30,735 nt of DNA from an uncultured Desulfobulbaceae bacterium (GTDB taxonomy: Bacteria > Desulfobacterota > Desulfobulbia > Desulfobulbales > Desulfobulbaceae): positions 1 through 30,735 of the forward strand of contig CAZEMY010000001.1 in the NCBI GenBank assembly GCA_964513405.1, written 5' to 3'. Shown one piece after another: positions 1 through 7,497 of the stretch. Position 1 is the first letter of the stretch. The number at the start of each line of letters is the position of its first letter. The notes below the pieces were generated by a model. It was not told the origin of the DNA. It searched no databases and saw only the letters and a list, made by a program, of their open reading frames with translations. The position numbers were made by a program, and so were the translations under genes.

Positions 1-5
1 TGCCA

Positions 6-61
6 CAATGTATGTGCGTAATCCGACAACACGGTACCCATCGGATTACGCACATACATTG
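6..61. repeat. Perfect 21-bp inverted repeat with 14-nt loop (REP-like dyad)
   Basis: CAATGTATGTGCGTAATCCGA (6-26) is the exact reverse complement of TCGGATTACGCACATACATTG (41-61); intergenic, upstream of lysC. Confidence 0.85.
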
Positions 62-218
62 CCATTATATATTTTTTGTTTTGATTATAGTCTTTTCTGT
101 TTGTCAGCTTTTTGCGTTGTACCAGCTAATCCGATCCACACACTTGGAACTTATGAGCAACTGATTTGGGACTGAACCTTGTACTCTATAATTTTCTATT
201 ACAAACATAAACATAAAT

Positions 219-1475
219 ATGGCACTTATTGTTCAAAAATTTGGGGGAACCTCGGTTGGCTCCACAGAAAAAATCAAAGCTGTTGCCAAACGGGTCATGG
301 AATTGAGTCAAAAAGGTAACAAAATTGTTGTTGTCCTCTCAGCCATGTCTGGAGAAACCGACCGGCTGACCGGGTTTGCCGGAGATATTCAGAAAATCCC
401 CAACCAAAGAGAGATGGATATGCTCTTGTCCACAGGCGAGCAGGTTACCATTGCCCTTTTTGCCATGGCAGTTAAGGCAGCCGGCGGCGATGCCGTATCT
501 TTACTTGGTGATCAGGTCGCAATCCATACGGATAATATGCACACCAGAGCCCGAATCATGGGTATTGACACTGACCTTATATACAAGCATATAAAAGATG
601 GGAAAATCGTGACAGTAGCCGGTTTTCAGGGGGTCGATGACGATGGTGATATAACCACCCTTGGCAGGGGTGGTTCTGATACAACCGCTGTTGCTCTTGC
701 CGCAGTGTTAAAGGCAGATGTCTGTGAAATATTTACAGATGTGGAAGGGGTTTTCACAGCTGATCCAAACATCTACGATAAAGCTCGTAAAATTGACAAG
801 ATAAGTTATGATGAAATGCTGGAGCTGGCAAGTCTTGGTGCCAAAGTCCTCGATATCAGGTCTGTGGGTCTGGCAAAGAGATACAGTGTGCCGTTACATG
901 TTCGCTCCTCATTTTCCAAAAGTGAAGGAACCTGGGTCGTAGAGGAGAAAAAAATAATGGAATCCATGCTGGTATCCGGCGTTACATACAATAAAAAAGA
1001 GGCACGAATTACCATCAAGCGGGTTCCAGACCAGCCCGGAGTTGCGGCAAAGATTTTTCTGCCCATCTCCGATGCGGGAATTCTTGTCGATATGATTATC
1101 CAGAATACCCGCGACAGTCACCTCACCGATATGACATTTACGGTTATGCGTAGTGACTATAGAAGGGCCATGGAGCTTCTTAAAGTAATTGCGAAAGAAA
1201 TAGGGGCAGAGGCGGTGAGTGGAGACGAGAACATCGCCAAAATTTCCATTGTCGGAGTTGGCATGCGTAACCATTCAGGGATTGCTTCAACAATGTTCCA
1301 GATCTTGGCGAATGAAGGGATAAATATGGAGATGGTGTCAACTTCAGAAATCAAAGTTTCCTGTGTGATTGCTGAAAAGTATACCGAACTTGCGGTGCGG
1401 GCATTACACGATGCCTTTGCCCTTGATAAAGAAAATATGCCTGCTGAGGAAGATGCAGCAGGTGAGGATTGGTGA
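219..1475 (+). CDS. lysC: Aspartate kinase
   Basis: N-terminal VQKFGGTSV, LGRGGSDTTA, EIFTDVEGVFTADP and two C-terminal ACT domains; 418 aa. Confidence 0.97.
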   Translation: MALIVQKFGGTSVGSTEKIKAVAKRVMELSQKGNKIVVVLSAMSGETDRLTGFAGDIQKIPNQREMDMLLSTGEQVTIALFAMAVKAAGGDAVSLLGDQVAIHTDNMHTRARIMGIDTDLIYKHIKDGKIVTVAGFQGVDDDGDITTLGRGGSDTTAVALAAVLKADVCEIFTDVEGVFTADPNIYDKARKIDKISYDEMLELASLGAKVLDIRSVGLAKRYSVPLHVRSSFSKSEGTWVVEEKKIMESMLVSGVTYNKKEARITIKRVPDQPGVAAKIFLPISDAGILVDMIIQNTRDSHLTDMTFTVMRSDYRRAMELLKVIAKEIGAEAVSGDENIAKISIVGVGMRNHSGIASTMFQILANEGINMEMVSTSEIKVSCVIAEKYTELAVRALHDAFALDKENMPAEEDAAGEDW

Positions 1476-3145
1476 TACGAATGGCAGGATCGATGAGTAT
1501 AGAATTGTACGATACCACCCTGCGTGATGGTACCCAAGCTGAAAATTTTAATCTTTCTGTGGACGATAAAATCCGGGTCAGCCGTTGTCTTGATGAACTT
1601 AAAATTGACTTTATCGAAGGTGGTTGGCCAGGTTCAAACCCCATGTCCATTGATTATTTCCGGGCCATGCAGGGCGTGAAGCTTAAACATTCTGTCCTGA
1701 CTGCTTTTGGTTCAACAAGACATTTTAAAAATGCAGCGGATAAAGATCCCAACCTCAAGGCCCTTCTTGATGCCAAGACTCCGGGAATTACCATTTTCGG
1801 CAAGAGCTGGGATATTCATGTTAGGGATGCCCTGCGTATTGAGATGGAAGACAATCTTCTAATTATTGAAGACTCTCTGGCATATCTCCGTCCCCATGTT
1901 AAACATTTGCTCTATGATGCCGAACATTTCTTTGACGGCTTTAAGAACAACATGGAGTACTGCCTGGCAACCATTGGTCGGGCAGTGAAGGGTGGTGCCG
2001 AGACCATCATCCTCTGCGACACCAATGGCGGCACTCTGCCCCATGAGATTAAGCCGATTATGGAAAGGGTAAAGCAGTATTTTGACGAAATCAATGCCCG
2101 TGTAAAAATAGGTATCCATACCCATAACGATTCGGAATCCGCAGTTGCCAACGCTTTGATTGCGGTAAATGAAGGAGCGACCCAGGTGCAGGGAACCGTC
2201 AACGGCTATGGTGAGAGGTGTGGTAACTGTAACCTCACTTCAATTCTGCCGGCTCTTGTTCTCAAGATGGGGCTTGAATGTAAAGCCAGTGGAAAAATTG
2301 ACCGCTTGTATTCGGCTTCCCGTCTGGTGGATGAAATGGCTAATCTCCCCCATAACCGTTACCAGCCCTATGTGGGAGAGTCCGCCTTTGCCCACAAGGG
2401 AGGCATCCATGTCAGTGCGGTGCAAAGAAACCCGATGACCTACGAGCATATTGAGCCGGAAAAGGTCGGTAATATAAGGAGGGTGCTGATCTCAGACCAG
2501 GCTGGTCGTTCCAACATAATCCATAAGGCAGAAAAATATGGTCTCAGCCTTGATCCTGATGACCCCTTGATGGCAGCCATTATAACAGAGCTGAAAGACC
2601 TTGAAAATAAAGGTTATCAGTACGAGGCGGCGGAGGCGAGTTTTGAACTGCTTATGCGCAGGGCTATGGGGTTGCAGAGAAATTTCTTCGAGCCGGAAGG
2701 GTTCAGGGTCATCAACTATAAACACCAGATGGATAAACCGCCCCTGACCGAGGCGACCATCCGCCTCTTTGTCGGCGGCAGTGAAGTCCATACAGCCTCA
2801 CTTGGGGACGGACCGGTGAATGCTCTGGACAAGGCACTTCGCAAGGCGTTGACCAGGTTTTATCCAAGCCTTGCTGACATGGAACTGGTTGATTATAAGG
2901 TGCGGGTTCTTTCTGGAGAATATGGGACAGGGGCTCAGGTCAGGGTTCTTGTAGAAAGCCGGGATGAGATGTGTCGCTGGGGGACGGTTGGGGTGTCGGT
3001 CAATATTATCGAGGCGAGCTGGCAGGCACTGGTGGACTCCATAAACTACAAACTGATGAAAGACGAGCAGAATAAGCAAAAAGCAAAAGACAAACAACAA
3101 GGTTTACTTCATGCTGAAGACAAATATAATAACAAAAAAGATTAG
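1469..3145 (+). CDS. cimA: Citramalate synthase (LeuA/CimA family); true start may be GTG 1472 (overlaps lysC stop), ATG 1481 or ATG 1493
   Basis: YDTTLRDGTQAE, IEGGWPGSNP, FGKSWDIHV, YDAEHFFDG, HTHND, GYGERCGN, AFAHKGGIHVSAV and C-terminal regulatory domain (GPVNALD, DYKVRV, WGTVGVSVNIIEASWQAL) typical of bacterial CimA. Confidence 0.92.
   Translation: MVIRMAGSMSIELYDTTLRDGTQAENFNLSVDDKIRVSRCLDELKIDFIEGGWPGSNPMSIDYFRAMQGVKLKHSVLTAFGSTRHFKNAADKDPNLKALLDAKTPGITIFGKSWDIHVRDALRIEMEDNLLIIEDSLAYLRPHVKHLLYDAEHFFDGFKNNMEYCLATIGRAVKGGAETIILCDTNGGTLPHEIKPIMERVKQYFDEINARVKIGIHTHNDSESAVANALIAVNEGATQVQGTVNGYGERCGNCNLTSILPALVLKMGLECKASGKIDRLYSASRLVDEMANLPHNRYQPYVGESAFAHKGGIHVSAVQRNPMTYEHIEPEKVGNIRRVLISDQAGRSNIIHKAEKYGLSLDPDDPLMAAIITELKDLENKGYQYEAAEASFELLMRRAMGLQRNFFEPEGFRVINYKHQMDKPPLTEATIRLFVGGSEVHTASLGDGPVNALDKALRKALTRFYPSLADMELVDYKVRVLSGEYGTGAQVRVLVESRDEMCRWGTVGVSVNIIEASWQALVDSINYKLMKDEQNKQKAKDKQQGLLHAEDKYNNKKD
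3103..3130 (+). promoter_or_regulatory. Putative sigma70 promoter for hicB, inside the cimA 3' tail
   Basis: TTTACT (3103-3108), 16-nt spacer, TATAAT (3125-3130); 27 nt upstream of the hicB ATG, with AGAGGA as RBS. Confidence 0.45.
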
Positions 3146-3157
3146 AGGACGATAATC

Positions 3158-3370
3158 ATGAAAATGACCATTGGAAAAGATGGTGATGGCTATTTGGCTA
3201 AAGTAGAAGGACATCAAAGCTTCTTCGCATTTGCTTATTCTGAAAAAGAAGCAATTATCGAACTTAAAAATGTTGTTGAAATGATAATGGACTTTCACAT
3301 TGAACAAATAAACAATGAACGCCTAATAAGAAACGAGATATCATCCACAGTGGCAAAATATGCCATTTAA
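3158..3370 (+). CDS. hicB: HicB-family antitoxin (short, lacks a clear DNA-binding domain)
   Basis: 70 aa; pattern 'IGKDGDGYLAKVEG..SFFAFAYSEKEAIIELKNVVEMIM' fits the HicB beta-beta-beta-alpha fold; overlaps a HicA-like start. Confidence 0.7.
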   Translation: MKMTIGKDGDGYLAKVEGHQSFFAFAYSEKEAIIELKNVVEMIMDFHIEQINNERLIRNEISSTVAKYAI

Positions 3371-3449
3371 ATACAGAGAAATTGAAAGTAAATTAATGCC
3401 AACCGTCATTTGCGGTTATAGTGAGTATGTGTGTCGCTTTAGCGATTGA
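3360..3449 (+). pseudogene. hicA: Truncated HicA-family toxin (only first ~12 codons HicA-like)
   Basis: ATG 3360 overlaps the hicB end and reads MPFKYREIESKL, resembling HicA N-termini, then unrelated sequence to TGA 3449. The GSH catalytic motif is absent. Confidence 0.55.
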
Positions 3450-3472
3450 AAATGCCCATTTGTCAAGCCTGA

Positions 3473-3505
3473 CCCCATTATTTCATTATGATTATGACCC
3501 CATTA
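3473..3505 (+). repeat. Direct repeat TGACCCCATTA x2 (GGGGTCA-type element-end motif)
   Basis: ...GCCTGACCCCATTA-TTTCATTATGATTA-TGACCCCATTA...; lies at the junction between the hicA remnant and the epimerase remnant. Confidence 0.55.
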
Positions 3506-3735
3506 ATTATCTTGTTGGTTCCAAAGGCCTTTGGCAATACTTTCCCCAGTTAAATGGATAACAACATCAACTTTATGATTAGAACCTATTTTGATTATTC
3601 CATTTTCAATATCCCAATACGGTGTCGTTGAAGGAGATTTTCTTTGCAGGGAGATAACTTGATGCCCTTGTTCGTTAAAGAATTTACAATTTGTTTTCCA
3701 ATTAATCCAGATGCACCAGAAATTAAAATTTTCAT
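3503..3735 (-). pseudogene. Frameshifted, 3'-truncated NAD-dependent epimerase (TIGR01777/YfcH-like)
   Basis: Manual translation: MKILISGASGLIGKQIV, then a 1-nt frameshift, then FFNEQGHQVISLQRKSPSTTPYWDIENGIIKIGSNHKVDVVIHLTGESIAKGLWNQQDN*. It has the GxxGxxG Rossmann motif and DVVIHLxGESIA; RBS CAGGA upstream. Not in the ORF track. Confidence 0.75.
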
Positions 3736-3750
3736 TATTTCCTGTTTTAT

Positions 3751-3775
3751 GTCCGTTGGATTTTATTGTTAGCCC
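3751..3775 (-). other. Possible left half of an integron attC site
   Basis: Minus strand GGGCTAAC-AATAA-AATCCAACGGAC; the PIN gene stop TAA lies inside the TAAC core, as in integron cassettes. No complementary right half is visible. Confidence 0.4.
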
Positions 3776-4188
3776 AACGCTTCCAGCATACTGAGGAATT
3801 CAATCGGCGTATAAACTGGTATTTTTGGATTTTTGAAGTCTTTAATGTTTCTTGTTATGATGTACTCAGCCCCAGCATGTCTTGCTGATTCATGCAGAAC
3901 AGAGTCTTCGAAATCTGTAAATTTCGAATTAAGGGCATTTTCAATAACCAGCCTATTGACTGATGCAACCTCGAAAAGAGCCATTAGCGCGGTAATGCTT
4001 TCTTTTGATTTTTCTTTGTCTAAGTATTTTGATAAAAGGTAGTGAATTGTTGTTACAGTAGTGGCACAAAGGAACCCATTAATCTCTGAACGCTCTACAA
4101 GTGACATGAGATATGTAGCATGCTCAGAAAATTCTTCACGGTCAAGAAGTACATCTAAGATAATATTTGTGTCAAAGAGTACTTTCAT
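3769..4188 (-). CDS. PIN-domain (VapC-like) toxin
   Basis: MKVLFDTNIILDVLL, DFEDSV, YIITRNIKDF: acidic PIN active-site residues; 139 aa; 4-nt overlap with upstream antitoxin. Confidence 0.9.
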   Translation of the reverse strand: MKVLFDTNIILDVLLDREEFSEHATYLMSLVERSEINGFLCATTVTTIHYLLSKYLDKEKSKESITALMALFEVASVNRLVIENALNSKFTDFEDSVLHESARHAGAEYIITRNIKDFKNPKIPVYTPIEFLSMLEALG

Positions 4189-4427
4189 GAATATTTATCA
4201 TCTATGTGTCTTTTGTACTCTTTTTCAGAAAGGTTAGAGTCTTTTAAGACACCCTTCAAGGACTGAACAGTTGGGGTGACTTGATAGTTTTTTTTTAATT
4301 TTTCGTTTTTGATAATTACGAAAAAGTCAGAGACAATCTTTGACACAGACTTGCCGGTTTTAGCAGAATATTCTTTTGCAGATTCGATCAAGTGGTCATC
4401 AAGCCGTAATGTGAGTTTTGTATTCAT
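4185..4427 (-). CDS. DUF6364-like ribbon-helix-helix antitoxin
   Basis: MNTKLTLRLDDHLIESAKEYSAKTGKSVSKIVSDFF...SLKGVL; 80 aa; translationally coupled to the PIN gene. Confidence 0.82.
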   Translation of the reverse strand: MNTKLTLRLDDHLIESAKEYSAKTGKSVSKIVSDFFVIIKNEKLKKNYQVTPTVQSLKGVLKDSNLSEKEYKRHIDDKYS

Positions 4428-4466
4428 TATACCCTTCGGTTTTGAGTGACGGGTTGTTTTTGAAAT

Positions 4467-4495
4467 ACTATACGCCTGCTGTTTTATTTTGTCAA
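4467..4495 (-). promoter_or_regulatory. Near-consensus sigma70 promoter of the DUF6364/PIN operon
   Basis: Minus strand TTGACA (4495-4490), 17-nt spacer, TATAGT (4472-4467); 40 nt upstream of the ATG at 4427. Confidence 0.75.
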
Positions 4496-4658
4496 GTTGC
4501 GAGATGGTATACTGAATTATGGTGCTGTTTTATTACCTGAAATGGTTAATGTGCCACTTGGACTCTTGTGATAAATATGGTTAGTCTGCTTGTCTGTTAA
4601 AACTCAGCATCCCATATCGACGGCAGAAAGCATATACGAGAAGTGCAACGGGGAGTTT

Positions 4659-5786
4659 CTATATCAGCGATGGCAGATGTTGCTCCCGTAATGCCATGGA
4701 AGTCTTTCTGGTCAGTGAAAGCACTCTCGCCGCCTGTTCAGATGACAGGGATCCTGTACCGCAACTTGGGGTAATCAGGGTTTGGGAAAGTAGTTTTGCC
4801 ATGTCCTGCTGCGGGCTTATAAATGTTTCCATCTGTTGGTTAAACCGTTCAACCAGTGAGGCCGTGCTTTCTTTTTCTATATGCTTGCCCGCCGTGGGAA
4901 TCCCTCCCCAGGCGATTATGGAACCTCGATTTAAGAAAACATCAACTTCATCTTTCAAGGCTGCCATTTTGTCAAAAAAACCATAGGCATCAAAGCTCAG
5001 GATATCAATATCAGAGCCTATCAGGGTTGACCATTCGGTATTGGCACAGACATGAAGACCCACCAGGCCACCGGCCCGGTGGATTGCTCCGGTAACCTCG
5101 TTGATCATTTCCCGGATTTCATCGCTGCTGACGGATATAAAGGCCGAAGAACCAAGCCCGGCCAGAGCCGGCTCATCGATAAATATTATAACCGGTTTCC
5201 GGGAAGCATCAGCGAGCATTCTGGTCTGCCAGGCAGCTTTCATGCTGATTCCCTTGATAACCATGTCCCGGATGGTGTCGTCAAAATATCCGGCTCTGCC
5301 AGCCCTGTCTTTAATTCCGGTCAGCATGGTAAAGGGACCGGTAACCTGCCCCTTTACAGCTTTTATTTTTTCTTTATATTGTTGTTTTTTTACAGTATCG
5401 GCAAAGAGATATAGCCCCTTTGCCCTATCCCTGCTTACCTGAAACCTTGAGTCCATTATGGAGCCGGGATTTTCCTCAATATTAAGGTACTCTTCATAGA
5501 AGGAAAGCATATCCTCTGCAAATCCGGGTTGCTCAATATCAAAAATAATTTTCCCTTGATGGTTAGTGATGTTCTCTTCAGTTATGCAGGGGATGTTCTC
5601 GGCAAACTGGGGCATCATTTGCTCTAATGGGTCATGGGGGAGCTGCGGCCAGAGAGGGATATCCGGGGTTGCATCAAGGATAAGTCCAAGGGCTTCTTTG
5701 TGATCGCTTAAGGGCAGGCTGCCGATTAAAACCGGCAGACCATCAGCAGAGAAGTTGTCTTTCCGGCCAGTTGTCATAGAAATCAT
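4659..5786 (-). CDS. Core (single-domain, MetE C-terminal-like) methionine synthase, MesB-like
   Basis: 375 aa; KGQVTGPFTML, IFIDEPAL and Zn-ligand motifs GLHVCAN, LSFDAY, TPSCGTG; no N-terminal folate-binding barrel of full-length MetE. Confidence 0.75.
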   Translation of the reverse strand: MISMTTGRKDNFSADGLPVLIGSLPLSDHKEALGLILDATPDIPLWPQLPHDPLEQMMPQFAENIPCITEENITNHQGKIIFDIEQPGFAEDMLSFYEEYLNIEENPGSIMDSRFQVSRDRAKGLYLFADTVKKQQYKEKIKAVKGQVTGPFTMLTGIKDRAGRAGYFDDTIRDMVIKGISMKAAWQTRMLADASRKPVIIFIDEPALAGLGSSAFISVSSDEIREMINEVTGAIHRAGGLVGLHVCANTEWSTLIGSDIDILSFDAYGFFDKMAALKDEVDVFLNRGSIIAWGGIPTAGKHIEKESTASLVERFNQQMETFISPQQDMAKLLSQTLITPSCGTGSLSSEQAARVLSLTRKTSMALREQHLPSLI

Positions 5787-5869
5787 TTTATGCTCTCAAG
5801 TTATTTAATGCACATCCCTTAATGCACAATCATATAGAGTCGGTTTGCCATGCTACTATCGCATGGACA

Positions 5870-7210
5870 CTAACATATAGTTGGCATGATGGGGGAGTAA
5901 TTTTTTTCAAGTAAGACCACTGACTCGATATGGGGTGTGTGGGGGAACATGTCCACCGGGGTTACGCTGGTAATCCGGTATTCTTTATCAATGATTATTT
6001 TTAAATCCCTGGCAAGGGTTGCAGGGTCGCATGAAATATAAATTATTTTTTTCGCCTGTAATTCTGCTATCTGCTCACTTATTTCGGCCAGTCCCTGGCG
6101 GGGCGGATCAATAATGATGCAGTCAAAGCTGCCGGGTTTTATCTTGTTTTGGAGCAGGTAATCTTGGGTTTTGGCGCAGATAATTTTATCTGCAGGCACT
6201 CCGTTTGCGTGTGCGTTGGCACGGGCTGCTTTTATAGCCCTCTTGTTTAGCTCTACTGAGGTTACATCAGCTCCGAGCAGAGCAAGAGGGATGGAAAAAT
6301 TACCCATCCCTGAGAAAAGATCAAGGACTCTTAAACCATCAGGGGTACCTATACCATCAATGACCAGGTTGACTAACTGCTGGTTCTGTTCCGGGTTGAC
6401 CTGGGAAAAACAGTGACTGTCCCACTTCAAGCTGTATGATTTTGGGTTTGGTTCAGCATTGATTGTGAAATTTTGTTTCATGGCGGCATTTCTATGTAGA
6501 CCCTTTGTTTTTTCTTTTCCCTGCAGCGTAAAAGCAGAAATAGAGGTTTGCTCAATAATCTGTTGTGAAAGTTTTTCAGGAGGTATCTTTTGCTTTCTCC
6601 TTTTGTGGAGAAACAGAGTCGCTGCCACCGTTTCACCAGCAGGGGAACGAGCAATTTCTATCTGTCTGACAAAAACGGCTAATGGCTTTATGAGCTTTGT
6701 CTCTGCCAGTTCCTTGACAATCAGGTTGAGGGAAGGGGCAGCAAGGTGGCAGTGGTCAAAAGAAATCAGAGTGTTGCTCTGGCGGCGGTGAAATCCGATC
6801 CTGCCATTTTTGTCAATATGAAGACGGATACGAAAACGATATTCCCGTTGCCGGCAAGATGAGATGGGTATGGGTATTGGAGCGGCAGGTAAAGATCCGG
6901 CTCTACTAAGGGTTTCGGTGAGGATATCTTTTTTAATTTTCAGCTGCTCCTGGTATGTTACATGCTGGAGGCTGCATCCTCCGCACTTGCCGAACTGGAG
7001 GCAAAATGGCTGGCATCGATGTTTTGAGGGGGAAACAATCCCGGTCAGTTCAGCTTTGATATAACCGGAAGTGCGTTTTGTCTCCCTGACCCTGACTGTT
7101 TCTCCCGGGAGAACAAATGGACACATAACCACCATTCCATTTGCAAGACGGCCTAATCCTTCTCCGCCGGAGATAATTTTTTCTATTTTAAATAGATGTT
7201 CCATTTGCAT
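5870..7210 (-). CDS. rlmD: 23S rRNA m5U methyltransferase (RlmD/TrmA family)
   Basis: N-terminal TRAM domain; Fe-S motif C..F.KCGGC; FSQVN; VLDLFSGMGNFS; DPPRQG; YISCDPATLARD; PVDMFPHTPHIE. Confidence 0.93.
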   Translation of the reverse strand: MQMEHLFKIEKIISGGEGLGRLANGMVVMCPFVLPGETVRVRETKRTSGYIKAELTGIVSPSKHRCQPFCLQFGKCGGCSLQHVTYQEQLKIKKDILTETLSRAGSLPAAPIPIPISSCRQREYRFRIRLHIDKNGRIGFHRRQSNTLISFDHCHLAAPSLNLIVKELAETKLIKPLAVFVRQIEIARSPAGETVAATLFLHKRRKQKIPPEKLSQQIIEQTSISAFTLQGKEKTKGLHRNAAMKQNFTINAEPNPKSYSLKWDSHCFSQVNPEQNQQLVNLVIDGIGTPDGLRVLDLFSGMGNFSIPLALLGADVTSVELNKRAIKAARANAHANGVPADKIICAKTQDYLLQNKIKPGSFDCIIIDPPRQGLAEISEQIAELQAKKIIYISCDPATLARDLKIIIDKEYRITSVTPVDMFPHTPHIESVVLLEKNYSPIMPTIC

Positions 7211-7215
7211 ATTAT

Positions 7216-7290
7216 CAGGTTACAGGTTAGAAATTACAGATTGCGGATTATGAATATAGATGATACGAGACCTGATACCCTATCAACGAG
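7216..7290. repeat. Degenerate 7-bp periodic array (heptad element copy A)
   Basis: CAGGTTA CAGGTTA GAAATTA CAGATTG CGGATTA (7216-7250), followed by weak GACCTGA/TACCCTA units. Confidence 0.45.
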
Positions 7291-7313
7291 AGTCTGTCAA
7301 ATAAGGAATGTAC

Positions 7314-7450
7314 ATTAAATAACCTGCCCATATAACTTGCCCTCTTTCTCGTTTCCCGTGTGTTAAAATCTTCACATATCAGTAATATGAAAGATTTTTA
7401 ACACACGGGAAACAAGAAAATTGCGGCGTTATATGTGCAGGTTATCTAAT
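7314..7450. repeat. 137-bp imperfect palindrome (MITE/REP-like cruciform element)
   Basis: Outer arms 7314-7336 and 7428-7450 pair at 21/23; inner arms 7345-7372 and 7391-7419 pair with 1 mismatch and 1 bulge; apical CATAT-CAGTA-ATATG. Confidence 0.85.
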
Positions 7451-7497
7451 TCCCCTTCCTAAGGTAAAGACAGAAACAAAAAAATATTTTCCTGTCT

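Noticed and set aside
62-218. Lysine riboswitch upstream of lysC
   Set aside because: No AGAGGUGC-type conserved core or terminator; the region is short and T-rich.
1628-1645. T-loop-like GGTTCAAACCC suggesting a tRNA
   Set aside because: Lies within the conserved GWPGSNP codons of cimA; no cloverleaf.
3394-3560. GAF-domain remnant (..VALAIENAHL..) in a plus frame
   Set aside because: Only a 10-residue resemblance, with no start or RBS; it overlaps the repeat motif and the antisense epimerase fragment, so is probably chance.
5805-5866. TTAATGCACA direct repeat and CCATGC-N7-GCATGG hairpin before the methionine synthase
   Set aside because: Too short to support an operator or a SAM riboswitch; no S-box core was seen.
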